Shown here: positions 19,966-30,272 of the stretch, piece after piece
Position numbering within the stretch: the first letter of the stretch is position 1
How the letters are laid out: the number at the start of each line of letters is the position of its first letter
Origin: Robertkochia solimangrovi
GTDB taxonomy: Bacteria > Bacteroidota > Bacteroidia > Flavobacteriales > Flavobacteriaceae
Length of the DNA stretch: 64,000 bases
Assembly (NCBI RefSeq): GCF_007279655.1
Contig: NZ_QKWN01000006.1
Span: 138,033 to 202,032, forward strand
Direction of reading: 5' to 3'
Notes under the pieces: model-generated
Told to the model about the DNA's origin: nothing
What the model saw: only the letters and a program-made list of their open reading frames with translations
The model's database searches: none
Program-made: the position numbers and the translations under genes

Positions 19966-21312
19966 ATGAAGTTCCGGACAGTCATATGGTTCTGTATTCT
20001 AAATATTTCGATTGGTCTGGCTCAGCGTTCTGAATCACTCACCTTCAAGTTACTAAGTCAGTATAATGAAGTAGGATTCCTAAGGGATAAATCACAAAAA
20101 TCACCTTACGAAAAGTTGAAATATATACCGCTTAACAATCAAACCTTTATCACTTTCGGGGGTGGATACAGGTTTCAGGCGGAGAGCTTTATCAACGAAC
20201 AATTTTTAAAGGCAGGCAGGCAGGACAACCTATGGTATTTGAACCGGATTCTTCTGTATACCCAAATCGTTATAAACGACCGGTTCGAGGTCTTTGCTGA
20301 ACTAAATTCCAGTACCGTACTAAATAAAAATGAATTATCACCTGTTGATAAAGATATACTTGCCTTTAACCAATTGTTCTTCAAATACCATATAACTAAA
20401 AACTGGAACCTGCTTATCGGTCGTGAAAATCTTATGTTGGGAAGCCGCAGATTGGTAGATCTGCGTGAAGGTCCAAATGTCAGACGTTCTTTTGATCTGG
20501 TGGATTTATCCTTTATAACAGATCGCATAACGATGAAAGCATTTGCAGGTATACCTGTTAAACCCAAAGAAGGAGTATTCGACAATGAAAGTTTGAATGG
20601 AGAAGAATTATTGACAGGTCTTTATCTGACTCATAGTCGATCTACTTCATTGAATTTTGACTTTTATGGACTCTACCAGAAAGATCCCAAAGTGACATAT
20701 AATGCAGAGACGTCTGATGAACATCGTTATTCTTTCGGTAGCCGCTTTTTTGGCAACTCGGGTAAGTTCAGCTATAACCATGAATTCGTTTATCAATTCG
20801 GCAAGTTCGGTAATAAAACTATCTCAGCCTATACCCTTTCCTTTCTCGGTGATCTGAAAATAAGTTCAAAAGGCCTGATCGGCTTGAAGACCGAACTCAT
20901 CAGTGGAGATAAGGACCCCAAAGATAACTTGCAGAATACATTTGATGCAATGTATCCGAGAGGCGCATATTTCGGAAGAGTTGCCCGGTTCGGTCCTGCA
21001 AACCTGATCGATATCCATCCCTACATAAATTTCACCTTGTCCAAATTTTTCTTTGAATTAGACTATGATGCGTTCTGGAAATATTCAAGAAATGATGTGG
21101 TATATGATGCTGCATTAATGCCGGCCTATACCGAAAATCGTAACAGCACATTCATCGCTCATCAAATCGGCTCTTTTCTAAGTTATGAATATAATAATCA
21201 TTTGAGTTTTGAATTGGAAACCAACTTTATCATTCCAGGAAAATTCCTGATCGACAGTGAACTAGAAGACACTTTGTACCATTTTGTCTTCAGTATGGAA
21301 TTCAGATTCTGA
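19966..21312 (+). CDS. putative outer-membrane beta-barrel protein (alginate-export-like porin)
   Basis: 448 aa. Signal peptide, alternating amphipathic beta-strand pattern and a C-terminal aromatic residue (ends ...MEFRF). Confidence 0.4.
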   Translation: MKFRTVIWFCILNISIGLAQRSESLTFKLLSQYNEVGFLRDKSQKSPYEKLKYIPLNNQTFITFGGGYRFQAESFINEQFLKAGRQDNLWYLNRILLYTQIVINDRFEVFAELNSSTVLNKNELSPVDKDILAFNQLFFKYHITKNWNLLIGRENLMLGSRRLVDLREGPNVRRSFDLVDLSFITDRITMKAFAGIPVKPKEGVFDNESLNGEELLTGLYLTHSRSTSLNFDFYGLYQKDPKVTYNAETSDEHRYSFGSRFFGNSGKFSYNHEFVYQFGKFGNKTISAYTLSFLGDLKISSKGLIGLKTELISGDKDPKDNLQNTFDAMYPRGAYFGRVARFGPANLIDIHPYINFTLSKFFFELDYDAFWKYSRNDVVYDAALMPAYTENRNSTFIAHQIGSFLSYEYNNHLSFELETNFIIPGKFLIDSELEDTLYHFVFSMEFRF

Positions 21313-21352
21313 AATTCCACAAAGTTAAAAAGGTGTTTCACCTTTGAGACCT

Positions 21353-22138
21353 TCAGGGAATTTGATTAAGCCAGTTATAAATAAACTCTGCACTTATTTC
21401 CCACCCCTGTTGTTGCAGAAAAAAATGATTATTTCCATCATATTCTTTATAGATAGTGACGGAGTCCTTGTGCGTATATCCTTTATAATTCCGATAGTTC
21501 ACCGCTGCCGGCACAAATCGATCTTTACCACCGGCGATAAATAATAAAGGTACATGTGGTTTGGTGAAATCTATGCGAGCCTTTGCAGTAAATATATCGC
21601 TCAACAAGGCATTTGATTCCGGCACGGCATATTTGTCATAGGTCGATTTTTGTTCATCCGATGAAAGTCCGTTAACCATCACCTTTCGCCATAAACGGAT
21701 GGGCATCAGCAAGGATCCTCGCTGCGAAGAGAAAATTCCACGGGCACGCAACAACGTTGCATAATAAGTGAAGTTTAAAGGAAAAATGCCTTTAGGCGGT
21801 ATGGAATTCATGATCACACCGGCAGCTATCGTATATCGCTGCTGTAATAACTGAACCAATAATCCTCCCAGGGAATGACCGATGAGGATTGGTGGTTCAG
21901 ACAATTCCTCAATGATCCCTCCATAAAAATCGATCAACGTATTCAATCGTACTGAGGCTGTTAAAGGATCAGGGTGTCGGCTTCTCAAGGTTTCGGAATC
22001 CACATTTCTGAATGGCCAGGATGGGGTCAGTACCTTGTAGCCTCTGACACTGAAAAAAGTTTTCCAATCTTCCCAGTAACTGGCATGATGAAAGGCTCCA
22101 CTGATCAATAGTATATTCTTGGCTAAAATCGGACTCAT
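21353..22138 (-). CDS. alpha/beta-fold hydrolase
   Basis: 261 aa with the GHSLGG nucleophile elbow. Confidence 0.7.
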   Translation of the reverse strand: MSPILAKNILLISGAFHHASYWEDWKTFFSVRGYKVLTPSWPFRNVDSETLRSRHPDPLTASVRLNTLIDFYGGIIEELSEPPILIGHSLGGLLVQLLQQRYTIAAGVIMNSIPPKGIFPLNFTYYATLLRARGIFSSQRGSLLMPIRLWRKVMVNGLSSDEQKSTYDKYAVPESNALLSDIFTAKARIDFTKPHVPLLFIAGGKDRFVPAAVNYRNYKGYTHKDSVTIYKEYDGNNHFFLQQQGWEISAEFIYNWLNQIP

Positions 22139-22322
22139 TGGGATAAATGTTATGATTAGTTACATTTTGGTTTACAAAAATTCAACCATTATCATAACAC
22201 CTTGATTATCCTTAAACAAGATGTAACCTAATTTCATTTTAACGAAATATCCCTGATAAATTGGTGACATATCGACAATGACCTTAAGAATTACCTTAAA
22301 AAGAGGGAATTAAAAACGAGCA

Positions 22323-24710
22323 TCATCTACGACCTCCGGAATAGGTCATTGCTTCTCCCTTTCCGAAGCTATAACTGAAGCCGAGGGTTAAAAAGCGTCC
22401 TCTCAACGATTGATTATATTGGTAAAAGTCAGCTTGCCGAATATTGTTTTCCTCGATTCTTGAGGCAAACAGATCCCTTACCCCCAGATTGATAATCGCT
22501 TTTCCCTGCCAAAGCTTCTTACGCAACCCAGCATCAAGAAAGGCAAACCCACTGATCTCCCCTTGTACCGTTTTGTATTTCGACTGATAATTCCCGGTTA
22601 TTTCAAGATCGATAGCTGCCGGCAATCCGAACTTTAAGGTTGAATTGACAGACCAGCGATTCCCATTAAAATCAAAGTCCTGATCCTCAAACGAGCCATT
22701 TCTAAAAAAATAACCATAATTCAGATCTCCGGTAATGGTAAGCCAATTCGCGGCTACATACTTCCCATTCAATTCCAAACCATATTGATCACGTGTTCCG
22801 ATATTCTGGGGAGTAGTAATATTTACATTGCCTTCAAATCGGGAAACCGACTCCACAACATCGGTGGTATGGAGATAATATAAGCTGGCGTTCAACGAGA
22901 GTTTATCGAGATCTGCTATTCCGGTAAGCTCATAGGAGTCTGAGAATTCAGGTTGTAAAAAGGGATTTCCCCGTCTGATATTATAAGTATTCTGTATACT
23001 GAAAAAGGGATTCAGGTCCCAAAGCCTGGGTCTGAATATTCGTCTGGAGAATCCGAGTTGAATCGAAAGATCATCCGATAATTTATAGGAGGAATGAACG
23101 GTTGGGAACAGGTTGGTATAGTTCTGATCGTTCGTCTCACGTGTATTGACCAACAAGGTATTCAGATTGGTAATTTCAACTCGCATTCCTAACTTAATTC
23201 CCCAGTGTTCACCTTCATAGGAACCAGTTGCATAGAGTCCCAGTACCTTCTGATTATATCGAAAATCATTGGTGAGATCCTCATCGATTATCCAGGATCC
23301 ATCCTCCCGGTTATATACTATATAATCATTACCGACATCATTGATCTCATACATCCCGCCGGACTCCAGGGTATAATTGTCATTGATCGGATTGGTATAA
23401 TCGAGTTTAAATGTATAATCCGATTGATAAAAATCGGTTTCTGTTCTTTGGTCTGTATCGGTAAGCTCTCCGGCCAGCAATAGATTGGTAAAAGTAGATT
23501 CCTGCTTCTTCCCGAAAAAGTTACCGGTAGCACTACCCAATAACACATGGTCTTCATTATCACCGATTTGTTTTTTGTATTGCAGATCAAACTGATATTT
23601 TGGATTATCAGCGGATGTCTCCCCTATTCGTCTGTAGGAAGATGTTAGCTTCGAATCTTCGTCCTGTGAATCGATCTTATAATCCGAAGGAGAATCTTCC
23701 TTTTCAAAGGCAAAGTTCCCGGAGAGAGTAATGATATTTCTTGGGTTCAGATAATAATCAGCTCCCAGCGTAATATTTACAAAGGTTTCATTTCTGAATT
23801 CCTTCCCATCGGTTATTACTGCGGTCTGCGATTCAAGATTTCGGTTCAAACTTTCTCTTTCTGTTGGCAATGACCGGTAACCTACACCTATCTGGGAAAA
23901 AAGGTTGAACTTTTCTGAGCGATTGTTGAGGCTAACTCCTAAACTGTGATTATCCGGAATTCCTCCGTTAACCGATATAGAACCATTAAATCCTCGTTTT
24001 TCTTCTTTTTTTAAGATGATATTGATGATCCCGGAGGTTCCTCCGGCCTCATACTTGGCAGATGGATTGGTGATCACTTCGATACTTTCGATCATATCTG
24101 CAGTAATAGTTCCCAGCGCATTACCGGAATCATCCGCAAGTACGGATGGCTTACCATTGATCAGGATCTGCACGCCACGGTTACCTCGTAAACTGACCTG
24201 ACCTTCAATATCGACAGTTACTGAGGGCACATTATTAAGAACATCCAGAGCCCCCATTCCTGTACTGCTGATATCCTTCCCCACATTGAACACACGTCGG
24301 TCGAGTTTGAACTCCACTGTAGACACTTCACCCTCTACAACTACGGCTTCCAGCGACTCCAATTGTGGATGCAGCTGAATAACTCCAAAGTCATTAGTAC
24401 CCTGGGAAATATGCAGGTTATTCATTGTCCTGGTCCTATAGCCCATAAAACTTATCTCTATAAAGATTTCCGAAGCTTCCGTACTCACGGAAAATTCACC
24501 GGACTCAGCAGTTACTCCACCGGTGATTACCTGTGAATTCAACGTACTCTTAATCGTAATCGTGGCAAAAGGAATCGGGTCTCCAGAGATACTGTCAATA
24601 ACCTTCCCGGTTATGGTAATGGCTGAATTTTGAGACCATCCTATCACCATACCGACAAAGATCAGCAGTATGGAAATAATTCTTATGTCAGGTACAAAAT
24701 GCAGTAACAT
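22323..24710 (-). CDS. TonB-dependent receptor (non-Sus type) with N-terminal carboxypeptidase-regulatory-like domain
   Basis: 795 aa. Signal peptide, a CarbopepD_reg-like N-terminal domain, a plug domain and a beta-barrel with a terminal aromatic residue. Confidence 0.8.
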   Translation of the reverse strand: MLLHFVPDIRIISILLIFVGMVIGWSQNSAITITGKVIDSISGDPIPFATITIKSTLNSQVITGGVTAESGEFSVSTEASEIFIEISFMGYRTRTMNNLHISQGTNDFGVIQLHPQLESLEAVVVEGEVSTVEFKLDRRVFNVGKDISSTGMGALDVLNNVPSVTVDIEGQVSLRGNRGVQILINGKPSVLADDSGNALGTITADMIESIEVITNPSAKYEAGGTSGIINIILKKEEKRGFNGSISVNGGIPDNHSLGVSLNNRSEKFNLFSQIGVGYRSLPTERESLNRNLESQTAVITDGKEFRNETFVNITLGADYYLNPRNIITLSGNFAFEKEDSPSDYKIDSQDEDSKLTSSYRRIGETSADNPKYQFDLQYKKQIGDNEDHVLLGSATGNFFGKKQESTFTNLLLAGELTDTDQRTETDFYQSDYTFKLDYTNPINDNYTLESGGMYEINDVGNDYIVYNREDGSWIIDEDLTNDFRYNQKVLGLYATGSYEGEHWGIKLGMRVEITNLNTLLVNTRETNDQNYTNLFPTVHSSYKLSDDLSIQLGFSRRIFRPRLWDLNPFFSIQNTYNIRRGNPFLQPEFSDSYELTGIADLDKLSLNASLYYLHTTDVVESVSRFEGNVNITTPQNIGTRDQYGLELNGKYVAANWLTITGDLNYGYFFRNGSFEDQDFDFNGNRWSVNSTLKFGLPAAIDLEITGNYQSKYKTVQGEISGFAFLDAGLRKKLWQGKAIINLGVRDLFASRIEENNIRQADFYQYNQSLRGRFLTLGFSYSFGKGEAMTYSGGRR

Positions 24711-24983
24711 ATTCTTTTGAAGTTTTAAAAAATAATGGGAACCAATAGGGTTATTTTCTGCTTTGGGTATCAGAAATTCATTTTAACACCTATTAATTTA
24801 GGATTTTTTAAATCTTCAAAAGAATATTTTAAACTATTTAATAAATAATTAAGGAATTGACTTATAGCCATTTACAGCATATAACTATTACTGACAGGTC
24901 TGGTCATCTTACCACGTGGAAAGAATCTAAGGGGAATCAAATATTTTATAGTATTTTTGCCATAATTCAAATATAATTATTTC

Positions 24984-25027
24984 AATCAGGAAGCTCTTCT
25001 ATAATAAGGCTTCCTGATTTTTTTTAT
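24984..25027 (+). terminator. strong hairpin followed by T8 (oriented for the + strand; may act bidirectionally for the dinB-like gene)
   Basis: AATCAGGAAGCtcttctataataagGCTTCCTGATTtttttttat. Confidence 0.5.
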
Positions 25028-25049
25028 CACAGCGGTACTTTCTTTACCG

Positions 25050-25547
25050 TTAACGTTCATAAAATGCCGGTGGTTCGATTCCCAGAGCCCTGAGGTAAAC
25101 AAAACCCTGACCCCGGTGATGAATCTCATTATCGATAAAGTAAAAGATCGAAGACCATACTGTTCCGTCGTATTGTCCGAATATTTTGATCTTCTCCTGA
25201 AATTGTTCCGGTTTGATCTGTTGCCAATACGTATTGATGGTCTCTGTAGTCTCATCCCATAGTTTCAGATATGCCTCTTTCTTATTTCCCAGATCCCGAT
25301 TTTCATCAAAGGCCTGGACCTGTCCTGTAGCGATCTCCCTGACACCGGGTCCGGCTATTGCCAGTAACTCCAGCACCATCGCTGAAAAAGGTCGCATACC
25401 TCCGATCGTAAAATTGAAAAAATCCTCCTCAGGAAATTTTTCGATCACTCTGCGGGTCAGGTTTCGGTGGCCTTGAAAATGAGCTAAAAGCTCCTCTGAT
25501 GTAATGACTTGTGACATAGATTCTTGCTTGTTTACTAATGTATCCAT
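25050..25547 (-). CDS. DinB/YfiT-family (DinB_2) metal-dependent protein
   Basis: 165 aa with a DinB_2 four-helix-bundle profile. The conserved His residues (HFQGH, HHRGQ) are present. Confidence 0.75.
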   Translation of the reverse strand: MDTLVNKQESMSQVITSEELLAHFQGHRNLTRRVIEKFPEEDFFNFTIGGMRPFSAMVLELLAIAGPGVREIATGQVQAFDENRDLGNKKEAYLKLWDETTETINTYWQQIKPEQFQEKIKIFGQYDGTVWSSIFYFIDNEIHHRGQGFVYLRALGIEPPAFYER

Positions 25548-25806
25548 TTTCTTATTTTTTGATTATGAAACAAATTTAAAGGAGGCCTGTGACAACGGTT
25601 TGTCAGTAGTCTTTTTTTAATTTAAAACATTGGTATTCAATTAAATTCTCCCTTTCCCTAATCAAATACTCATCAAGCCTTAAGATACAATCCTTTTCCC
25701 TATCCATATCATTTAAAGGACACCTAAATCCCTTAACCAACCAACACTAAAACATAATTCTTAATCCAAAGCATTATTTCCCCAAGTATCCTGAATCCTC
25801 TGTATC

Positions 25807-26778
25807 TTGCATAACATTATGAGTACAGACACTGTTAAACGTTTCGACAGGATCATTGCGATTCTGGTCCAGTTACAATCAAAGCGAATCGTAAAAGCCC
25901 AGGAACTAGCCGATCGTTTTGAAGTAAGTCTGCGCACCATCTATCGGGACGTCAGAACCCTGGAGACCTCGGGCATCCCCATTGTAAGTGAAGCAGGTGT
26001 AGGGTATTCGATCATGGAAGGTTACCGCCTTCCTCCGGTCATGTTCACCCGTGAAGAAGCAGGTAGTTTTGTCGCTGCTGAGAAGTTCATGCAAAAATTT
26101 CTGGATAAGACCCTGGGAAGTTATCATGAATCAGCCATGTTCAAGATCAAATCGGTGCTAAGAGGGAGAGAAAAAGACTGGGTGGAAGCACTTGAATCTC
26201 AAATCGTAGTCGATCCTTCTGCAGATCTTTTCAATACGGAGATACCCGACGCATTACAGATCATTTTTGAAAGTATTGCTGAAAAGAATCAGGTTTTTCT
26301 TAGTTATCACGCTTCCCGTAGTGACGAAACTACGGAAAGAAACATCGAACCGGTAGGACTCTTTCATGAAAATGGATTCTGGTATATCATGGCTTATTGC
26401 CATTTTAGAAAAGATTATCGACAGTTTCGCACCGACAGGATCGTGGATATTAAACGTACTAACTTAGACTTTACCCTGGATCATGGAAGTTTAGATGAAT
26501 ATCGAAAGGACACCGATTCCTGTCCGAAGATAAAAGTCAGGATCGCTGTAGATAAACATGTGATCCCTTATATAAACAGTGGAAAGAATTATTATGGTTT
26601 CGTTTCCCAGCAAGCTGAAGGCAATACGGTTGAAATGACTTTTATGACCCGCGATATTCACAACAGCTTTTCGAGATGGTACCTGATGTTCTGCGACTAC
26701 GCCACCATCCTCGAACCGGAAAGTTTGAAAATCAGGGTACGTGAAATTATTGAAAAAGGACTCACTAACATTGGTTAG
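25807..26778 (+). CDS. WYL-domain transcriptional regulator (HTH + WYL + WCX-like C-terminus; YafY/PafBC-like)
   Basis: 323 aa. N-terminal HTH (VKAQELADRFEVSLRTIYRDVRTLE), a WYL core (GFWYIMAYCHFRKDYRQFRTDRI) and a C-terminal extension. Confidence 0.8.
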   Translation: MHNIMSTDTVKRFDRIIAILVQLQSKRIVKAQELADRFEVSLRTIYRDVRTLETSGIPIVSEAGVGYSIMEGYRLPPVMFTREEAGSFVAAEKFMQKFLDKTLGSYHESAMFKIKSVLRGREKDWVEALESQIVVDPSADLFNTEIPDALQIIFESIAEKNQVFLSYHASRSDETTERNIEPVGLFHENGFWYIMAYCHFRKDYRQFRTDRIVDIKRTNLDFTLDHGSLDEYRKDTDSCPKIKVRIAVDKHVIPYINSGKNYYGFVSQQAEGNTVEMTFMTRDIHNSFSRWYLMFCDYATILEPESLKIRVREIIEKGLTNIG

Positions 26779-26785
26779 TTACCAT

Positions 26786-29497
26786 TCAGATCTCTTCTTC
26801 CATCATTTCCGAGGTCTCTTCCTGACCATTATTAACGGTAGTTTCATCTTCTTCAGGCTCTTCAATGGTCTCACCGGCAGCGTTCCTTTGCTCCAGTAAA
26901 AAATATAAACCATTCATGGAATCTTCATAAACAGAGATAGCAACTCCGTCACTGTTCTCTGCCAACTCATTATTTTCATTATACCGGCTGATCTTACCAA
27001 CAATTCCGGAGTTGAACAGTTCATAATCATAAATGGCAGTTCCGTAGGTATCATTCATAAGCTTCAAATCTGCACCATAGGTTTCAGACCGACTGATCTC
27101 ACCCACCGGCTCCCAGGTATAACGTATCTTATGATATCCGTAATCACCGATCACAGGAACACCGTCCTTATCAAAATATGCATAGGTCAGGGTATGCCCG
27201 AGTTCATTTAATTCGATTTTTGTAAAGGAGATTCCAGCATAATTATCAACAGTACTATCATCTTCATCCAGAAACCGGAGTGAAGTTAACCAGCCACGCT
27301 CATTATAGGTCTTAACCTCTGCACTGATCCCGGTTGCTTCTCTTGCCCGTCTGCCATGCTTATCAAAAAATGCGATCTTCAGTAATGAGCCGTATGCGTT
27401 ATAATATTTCTTGCTGGTACAGGCACCCTCAATCAATTTTGAATCGATACCATACTTTTGAAGAATCGTTTCATTTCCCCATTTATCGTAAGATTTTCGG
27501 GTCATATGAACTCCCTCGGCCAGGATTGGTTCCCCTGTACCATTAAAAATACGGGACTCAATCAAGCGGTCACGACTATCATATTTAAATTTAATTATGC
27601 TTTTTATGCCTTCCTCTTCCGTCGCAGTGTATTCTGTTTGCTGGATGACATTTCCATGATCATCAAAATCGTATTCATAACGGGCTACACCATCAACGTT
27701 GGCAATATTGATTCCCAGGGAATCCAGTGATCTTTTCTCCCTGGCATACCCTTCAGCATTACGATTAAAAGTATATGTACAGATTCCATCCGGGGTTTTT
27801 GCCGGATTTTCGTCCGCTCCGAAATAACGCTCCATTAATAAATTTCCCGAAGCGTCCTTTTTAGATTCGATGATGGCCACATTATTAGTATTCTCTATAA
27901 TATTCCCATAGGCATCGAGATTTAATTGACGAACAATGCTATCACCCATATATTCATAACGGGTACCTCCCCATTTATAATCATCATACCTGAGAACATA
28001 TCCCGGATAATAAGTAGCCTCATATCGCTTCCTTCCCAGATCATCATACGCTGTAACTCTTTCGAAGATATCGTCGTTGGCAATAATGGGCTCATGGTTT
28101 ACATTGAATCGCTTCTCGCTTATTTCACGATCATTACGGTCATAACGATATTCATATATGGATGCTCCGTTATCATCATAAGTAAGCTGCCCGTCTTCAT
28201 CCAGAGAGCTAACCTGAATTACATTCCCTCGTTCATCATATTCATATTTCAGATTGAAATCTGATAAATATTTGGCAGGCCTGCCCTGGTCATCATACAT
28301 ACGGTAAGCGATCTTTCGATGTTGCATGTTATATTCAAATTCAGACCGGCCTATGAGGTCTTTATCCAGAACCAGCTGCAGCTTATGATCCAGATTTTCC
28401 ACGCTTATGGTATGTCCGCTTCCGTCGAGTTTTATACGACTATGAAAAATTCCATGCTCATCAGCTACCGATTTGCCTTTTTTATCAAGATATGAACTGA
28501 CATAAGTAGAATCGACGGCATTGTAAACCCATTTGATCTGACTATAATTGAAAGGGGACACTTTTTGATCCTTAGCATCCAAAAACTCGATCAACCGTTC
28601 ATCATCACTTGTTTTTACAGATCTGTGTCGGTAGTTTTTAAGTTTCGTATTGAAGGTGCCATCACTGTTTAAAAGCCTGAATTCGATTTCACCATCTCTG
28701 TTTTTAATGATACGGGTGATGGCAGTTTCGAAATATCCTCCGTTAACCAAGGTTCCGTTCTTATAAAACCTTATTTCTTTGACCCAGGCACTTGCGTTAT
28801 GAATCTCATAAACTTCATTATTTTCAAAATCGTAATCATCGGCTGGATAAGAATATAGTATCGTTCCATCATGGGTAACGTAGATCTTTCTGTAATACTT
28901 CGAGCTATTACTCGAATAACGACGGTAATGCTGAATGTTCTCATCCCCATAATAGGCAGTCTGGCGTAGCCAGTCATCGATCTGTAATTCCCAAAACCTT
29001 TGTTTTGGTGTATCGGCATTATGGTCGGCTTCAGTGTCATACTGATTCTGCAAACTATCCCGCAAGGTATTGTATTTGAGTCTCAGGGAATCCATTACCG
29101 CATAGTTTAGTCCATTCATTCCCAATGTTACAATATCTCTTCTCAAAAGTCGCGCACAATATTCCGTTATATTGAAATGATATTGTTCGTGGGTGAGTAC
29201 ATTATAGGAATCGTATTCATCCTTCAATTTTTCCGATTGATTCGGATCCATATAAGCAAAGACCCGGTTATTGGTATCTGTGATTAGTCGCGGACACGAT
29301 ATTCCGGAATAGATGGTTGCCACGTATTCGTCTTCCAAATAAGAAACCTCTGTAAAATCATCCCAGGATAGTGATCTTTCTGACCAGGTTAGATTCGGTT
29401 TGACTATCGTTGATTTCCTTTCATTGTGGGTAACACCAAAACCAAGTATTAGGATCAGTAAAATTCCGGAAGTAATAAGATGGTGTTTAGTTTTCAT
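26786..29497 (-). CDS. secreted multidomain protein: N-terminal HExxH (DUF922-like putative zinc peptidase) domain, long RHS/YD-type repeat region and an acidic disordered C-tail
   Basis: 903 aa. Signal/TM N-terminus and an HEQYH motif. Repeated YxYDxxGN units (YEYDERGNV, YEYDFDDHGNV, KYDSRDRLI, TAYDDLGRK). C-terminus is EEPEEDETTVNNGQEETSEMMEEEI. No RHS core/toxin tip was recognised. Confidence 0.55.
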   Translation of the reverse strand: MKTKHHLITSGILLILILGFGVTHNERKSTIVKPNLTWSERSLSWDDFTEVSYLEDEYVATIYSGISCPRLITDTNNRVFAYMDPNQSEKLKDEYDSYNVLTHEQYHFNITEYCARLLRRDIVTLGMNGLNYAVMDSLRLKYNTLRDSLQNQYDTEADHNADTPKQRFWELQIDDWLRQTAYYGDENIQHYRRYSSNSSKYYRKIYVTHDGTILYSYPADDYDFENNEVYEIHNASAWVKEIRFYKNGTLVNGGYFETAITRIIKNRDGEIEFRLLNSDGTFNTKLKNYRHRSVKTSDDERLIEFLDAKDQKVSPFNYSQIKWVYNAVDSTYVSSYLDKKGKSVADEHGIFHSRIKLDGSGHTISVENLDHKLQLVLDKDLIGRSEFEYNMQHRKIAYRMYDDQGRPAKYLSDFNLKYEYDERGNVIQVSSLDEDGQLTYDDNGASIYEYRYDRNDREISEKRFNVNHEPIIANDDIFERVTAYDDLGRKRYEATYYPGYVLRYDDYKWGGTRYEYMGDSIVRQLNLDAYGNIIENTNNVAIIESKKDASGNLLMERYFGADENPAKTPDGICTYTFNRNAEGYAREKRSLDSLGINIANVDGVARYEYDFDDHGNVIQQTEYTATEEEGIKSIIKFKYDSRDRLIESRIFNGTGEPILAEGVHMTRKSYDKWGNETILQKYGIDSKLIEGACTSKKYYNAYGSLLKIAFFDKHGRRAREATGISAEVKTYNERGWLTSLRFLDEDDSTVDNYAGISFTKIELNELGHTLTYAYFDKDGVPVIGDYGYHKIRYTWEPVGEISRSETYGADLKLMNDTYGTAIYDYELFNSGIVGKISRYNENNELAENSDGVAISVYEDSMNGLYFLLEQRNAAGETIEEPEEDETTVNNGQEETSEMMEEEI

Positions 29498-30272
29498 AGG
29501 ATACCGGTTGTTTTTTAGAAATTAAAACATAGGTACTTTCAAAAGGATAGCAAAGGATGCTGATCACCAGAATATAAATGAGATCAAGTGGAAAAATCTC
29601 AAAAGGCAGCCCTCCAAATTGCTTAAAATACATAGTACACAGTATCCAGTAAAAGGTTGAAAACAGCATACGTTCTCGGAATCTTTTGAAGGAATCCGGA
29701 ATGGCATAACCTGAAAAACTTATCCAGAGATATAAAAAATAGAATACTAACGGGGTCAAAAAAAGTACAGCTAAAACTAACGGTATTGAATAGGCGAAAA
29801 TATGGGCTATCAATACAACCACAAGTACACTCGATAATAAAGGAGTACTCATCAAAATGAGTCGGGATACATTATGCTGAGTGAGACAGAATAATTTTTG
29901 AAAAGTCAAAACCTCTGTGTTATTCGTATAAGGATCAATCGCTTTAGGATTAGTACCGTAACGATTTTCTAACCCTGACCCTTCACTAAATAACTGCACT
30001 AAAATATAGAATGGTATAAATTGATTAAATCCAGATTCTCCCAGATCATGACATCGCTTTGTTCCCTGAGCTATCATAAACCAAGTAACTATAGCACCCA
30101 TCAAATAGAATAGCGCTGGTATCTGGTCCAGGGTATTTTCAAACGCGAAAATAATACTATCGGCTGCAATTGCAATAATAAGGCTCAATCCAAATTCAAG
30201 TCGTCTGATGCGACCGTCGAACGAAAATGGTGCTAAAAACATAATAAGTAGGTTGGTCAATCTGAAAAGCAA
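29487..30272 (-). CDS. DUF805-family inner-membrane protein with additional C-terminal TM region
   Basis: 261 aa. DUF805 hallmarks (GRIRRLEF, RCHDLGESG, ENRYGTNP) and extra TM helices. It overlaps the downstream large gene by 11 bp, suggesting translational coupling. Confidence 0.65.
   Translation of the reverse strand: MLFRLTNLLIMFLAPFSFDGRIRRLEFGLSLIIAIAADSIIFAFENTLDQIPALFYLMGAIVTWFMIAQGTKRCHDLGESGFNQFIPFYILVQLFSEGSGLENRYGTNPKAIDPYTNNTEVLTFQKLFCLTQHNVSRLILMSTPLLSSVLVVVLIAHIFAYSIPLVLAVLFLTPLVFYFLYLWISFSGYAIPDSFKRFRERMLFSTFYWILCTMYFKQFGGLPFEIFPLDLIYILVISILCYPFESTYVLISKKQPVSYEN

Noticed and set aside
24908-24927. parS-like site TTACCACGTGGAAAG
   Set aside because: It shares only the CCACGTGG core with the TGTTNCACGTGNAACA consensus. 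The flanks mismatch, and it is 18 kb from parAB.
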